Origin: a virus
Reading direction: 5' to 3' (one strand)
Length of the DNA: 64,000 nucleotides
Virus record (IMG/VR): IMGVR_UViG_3300042291_000957
Coordinates: 26,420-90,419 of that record
A program made the translations under genes and the position numbers. The stretch's first letter is position 1. Each line of letters opens with the position of its first letter. Under the pieces are notes generated by a model. The model did no database searches and was not told where the DNA came from. It saw nothing but the letters and a program-made list of their open reading frames with translations. Positions 62,701-64,000 of the stretch are shown piece by piece.

Positions 62701-64000
62701 ATACTGTCGTTGCCGCCGTTATGCAAAGCACCATCAATCTTTTGACCAACAGCCGCTGTACCTAGAGTAGTAACACCCTGCACATAAGGTGAACGTGTTA
62801 TAATCCAAGTACGATAATCTTCTGGGCCCCAGCCTGGATCAAGCGATGCATACGCACCTGCAGATACTCTTGAGGTACCGTATTCATTTTCGGCTAACAG
62901 ATCTCCAGTAAGTCCTTGCAGAGTTTGATCTCTAACACCAGTAGCGTCTCTGAGATAATACATGTCTTCTTCTAGGCTGCCCATCACACTGTTTGCATAG
63001 TATCTAGCTGCGTATCTAGATTTGTAGTTGCCTGGATATTTCAAATCATACTTTAGTGCATCAATGTAAGCATTAACATCTCTGAGGCAGGCTGTGCTGC
63101 TGTAGAATAGACTCACTGTCATAGACCCACTACCGTCGCTGGCAATATCAAACGCTGTATTTGAATCTCTTGTGGTAGCAATCTTAAAAGTAGTTGAGCT
63201 GACCACATTCTGTACATAATAAGTGGTTGTGGTATTGACTCCGCCAAATACAGTACCAGTGAATCTAATAGCTGCGTTTCTGGTCATCCAAGCAGTTGAT
63301 GTGCAGGTAAACAAGTCAGTGGCTGCTGTGGCTGCTGTGACCGCGGTAGTGTAGGTTGAATCAATGTAAGCATCAATTTCTGCAACAATATAGTCTCTGT
63401 TGCGCTCTAATTGTAGCACAGCATAGTCAACCATTCTATTGCCTGTGGCACAACGACTGCCTTCATTGGTAGCACCGTAGACAATATCATCTACCATGGT
63501 CATTAGTGTTTCAATACGAGCCTGTGCTGTAGCATCGCCGCCTACGTTGGCCAGTGCTTCTGTCTTGGCATTAGTTAGTGCGTCTCTAGTAATGGTTTTT
63601 TGATTACCAACAAACACATCTGCTGCTGAAGCTCTTAGATATGAGTATGCTGCTTCTCTAGTTTTGAAGTTGCTGTTGAACATAAAGTCAAACATCACAG
63701 CTTCTAGGATCAATCGAGTATCTCTAATACATTTGGTTTGGAGATATCGAATCTTAGGTGTAACTCCGTCAGTTTTGTACGCACTTGGGAATATCGCATT
63801 AAAGGCTGTACCACCTGACGATAAGCAAGATACAGTAATGCTTGTTATGTTAACAATATCACCTGCTGCTAAACCGTGTGTTGCAGTAGTCACTACCGCA
63901 TATCCTGTAGAGTTATTATAGACAAAGTTACTAACTGCTAACTCTGTTCCATTGGATTTCGTTACTATTCCACCACTGACATAGGTGTGTGCGAGAGTAT
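59712..64000 (-). CDS. Very large virion structural protein (baseplate/fibre), partial
   Basis: Frame stays open from the track start 63893 to the window edge (...HTYVSGGIVTKSNG...). Contains C.RD repeats, an SPYVQ...NDFTQ...G.G domain, W..(I/V)AYG..RFVA propeller-type repeats and C-terminal TDQDGNFRVG / EFSTD / PTQRA. Confidence 0.8.
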   Translation of the reverse strand, partial: TLAHTYVSGGIVTKSNGTELAVSNFVYNNSTGYAVVTTATHGLAAGDIVNITSITVSCLSSGGTAFNAIFPSAYKTDGVTPKIRYLQTKCIRDTRLILEAVMFDFMFNSNFKTREAAYSYLRASAADVFVGNQKTITRDALTNAKTEALANVGGDATAQARIETLMTMVDDIVYGATNEGSRCATGNRMVDYAVLQLERNRDYIVAEIDAYIDSTYTTAVTAATAATDLFTCTSTAWMTRNAAIRFTGTVFGGVNTTTTYYVQNVVSSTTFKIATTRDSNTAFDIASDGSGSMTVSLFYSSTACLRDVNAYIDALKYDLKYPGNYKSRYAARYYANSVMGSLEEDMYYLRDATGVRDQTLQGLTGDLLAENEYGTSRVSAGAYASLDPGWGPEDYRTWIITRSPYVQGVTTLGTAAVGQKIDGALHNGGNDSIVSNDFTQVISDGIGAWITNNGRAELVSVFSYYAHIAYLAENGGRIRATNGNNSYGDFGSVAEGFDATETAGTGVVDNRLQFEAVIDRVITDGSALLQIEFQNAGIDYTEVSYTLTGGGSGQVVENDEFRDDAVFEVRMLDLVDDSTNAPEAEGNLGGFGYITNSNTAQGGTSTSVTIAATDGESSTAYIGMKIVLTGGAGVGQFGIINTYNSGTKVAGLLKESDGTAGFDHLVAGTAITSPDASTTYIIEPRVTFSAPGYASTAVTLPTSGTWTAAKYGETTSVYTTVTGTYAGSGTGATFTVIRNGWKYIPSIQGAGTGYTRLETITILGTSLGGTTTANDLVITITAVNSTTGAILEFDHSGYGIGGRYVALRSGSTVGATSEDGVAWTTRASLMPSAAAWSAMTAGLFDDSSSVGKVSKFVAVVGTSANTTGAYSDDGITWSATSMQTSATWVDVAFGKQKFVAVSSDVTTVRISNDGENWDQTGTLTTTGFTAIAYGKNRFVAIKSGTNVTNYATSTTVTGTWTAGTLPSSSNWNSIAYGNNRFVAISSTSGTIAAYSLDGITWTASTLPATAVWTKVTYGQGVFLAVSTTTAAATSPDGVTWTTRTTSTAASGFSAITFGNRNRYGLFVGVGGSTGDVATYIRTGATARGRAKVAADKLFQVNITEPGSGYATVPTITFTDPNNTFESPVTVRKNSGVLANPSFVNRGTQFVTGSGEVDTGDGYSDLFQPGTFVATRRLFERPTPGANVVFSHLPDRTFKLVNVITFLGTNDGAYTAFLQISPQLTISEAPPDGTDVTTRLKYSQVRLTGHDFLDIGTGSFIDTNYPGIPLQSAIPANETVENGGGRVFFTSTDQDGNFRVGDLFAIEQSTGIATLNADAFNISGLQELNLGNVTLGGGSATITEFSTDPFFTADSDNIVPTQRAIKAYIAGQIGGGGASLNVNSVTAGSIFISSNVITTVTAGPIKMNAVFEFRGGVIGIPIAFNYFLS

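Noticed and set aside
24-63921. Many short antisense or alternate-frame ORFs in the track (e.g. 24..284, 7125..7376, 27283..27729, 36258..36644, 59728..60210)
   Set aside because: They lie inside well-supported genes on the other strand or frame, with no RBS or recognisable motif; they are shadow ORFs.
1-64000. Alternative genetic code (stop-codon reassignment)
   Set aside because: Conserved genes are full length in code 11, coding density is high, and TAA, TGA and TAG all end genes at sensible positions.

Overview
This 64-kb window is part of a large, AT-rich T4-like (contractile-tailed, probably jumbo) bacteriophage genome. It uses the standard genetic code and most genes lie on the minus strand. 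I saw no rRNA, tRNA, CRISPR array or integrase. All calls rest on motifs and context read by eye, with no database search. Core phage modules: (i) replication/recombination: a miniature DnaE-like protein, a probable gp62-like clamp-loader subunit, UvsW, UvsY, UvsX/RecA, gp32 SSB and a dNMP kinase; (ii) packaging and morphogenesis: large and probable small terminase, gp4, tail tube, sheath, gp13/14/15; (iii) tail fibres, including an S74-chaperone fibre, two Cys-rich paralogues, a tail chaperone, a fibre ending in a cupredoxin-like domain, and a very large virion protein that runs off the right edge. More than a third of the window encodes glycan and tailoring enzymes in three clusters. Cluster A (3.5-13.7 kb) has a three-enzyme UDP-6-deoxy-L-HexNAc pathway, five methyltransferases and glycosyltransferases. 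Cluster B (16.4-23.5 kb) has five KpsS/KpsC-like paralogues, GT-A enzymes and a nucleotidyltransferase-cupin fusion. Cluster C (46.6-56.0 kb) lies among the tail-fibre genes and has ADP-heptose enzymes, a GT9-like transferase, a carbamoyltransferase and six 2OG-Fe(II) oxygenases. Best candidates for undescribed biology: a phage-encoded tail-fibre heptosylation/tailoring system; a late promoter (TAA[A/G]TA) placed exactly 5 nt before ATG at ten genes, implying systematic leaderless late mRNAs; an RBS-occluding hairpin with an overlapping sigma70 promoter at the dNMP kinase gene; and a 192-aa DnaE that keeps all three catalytic Asp.
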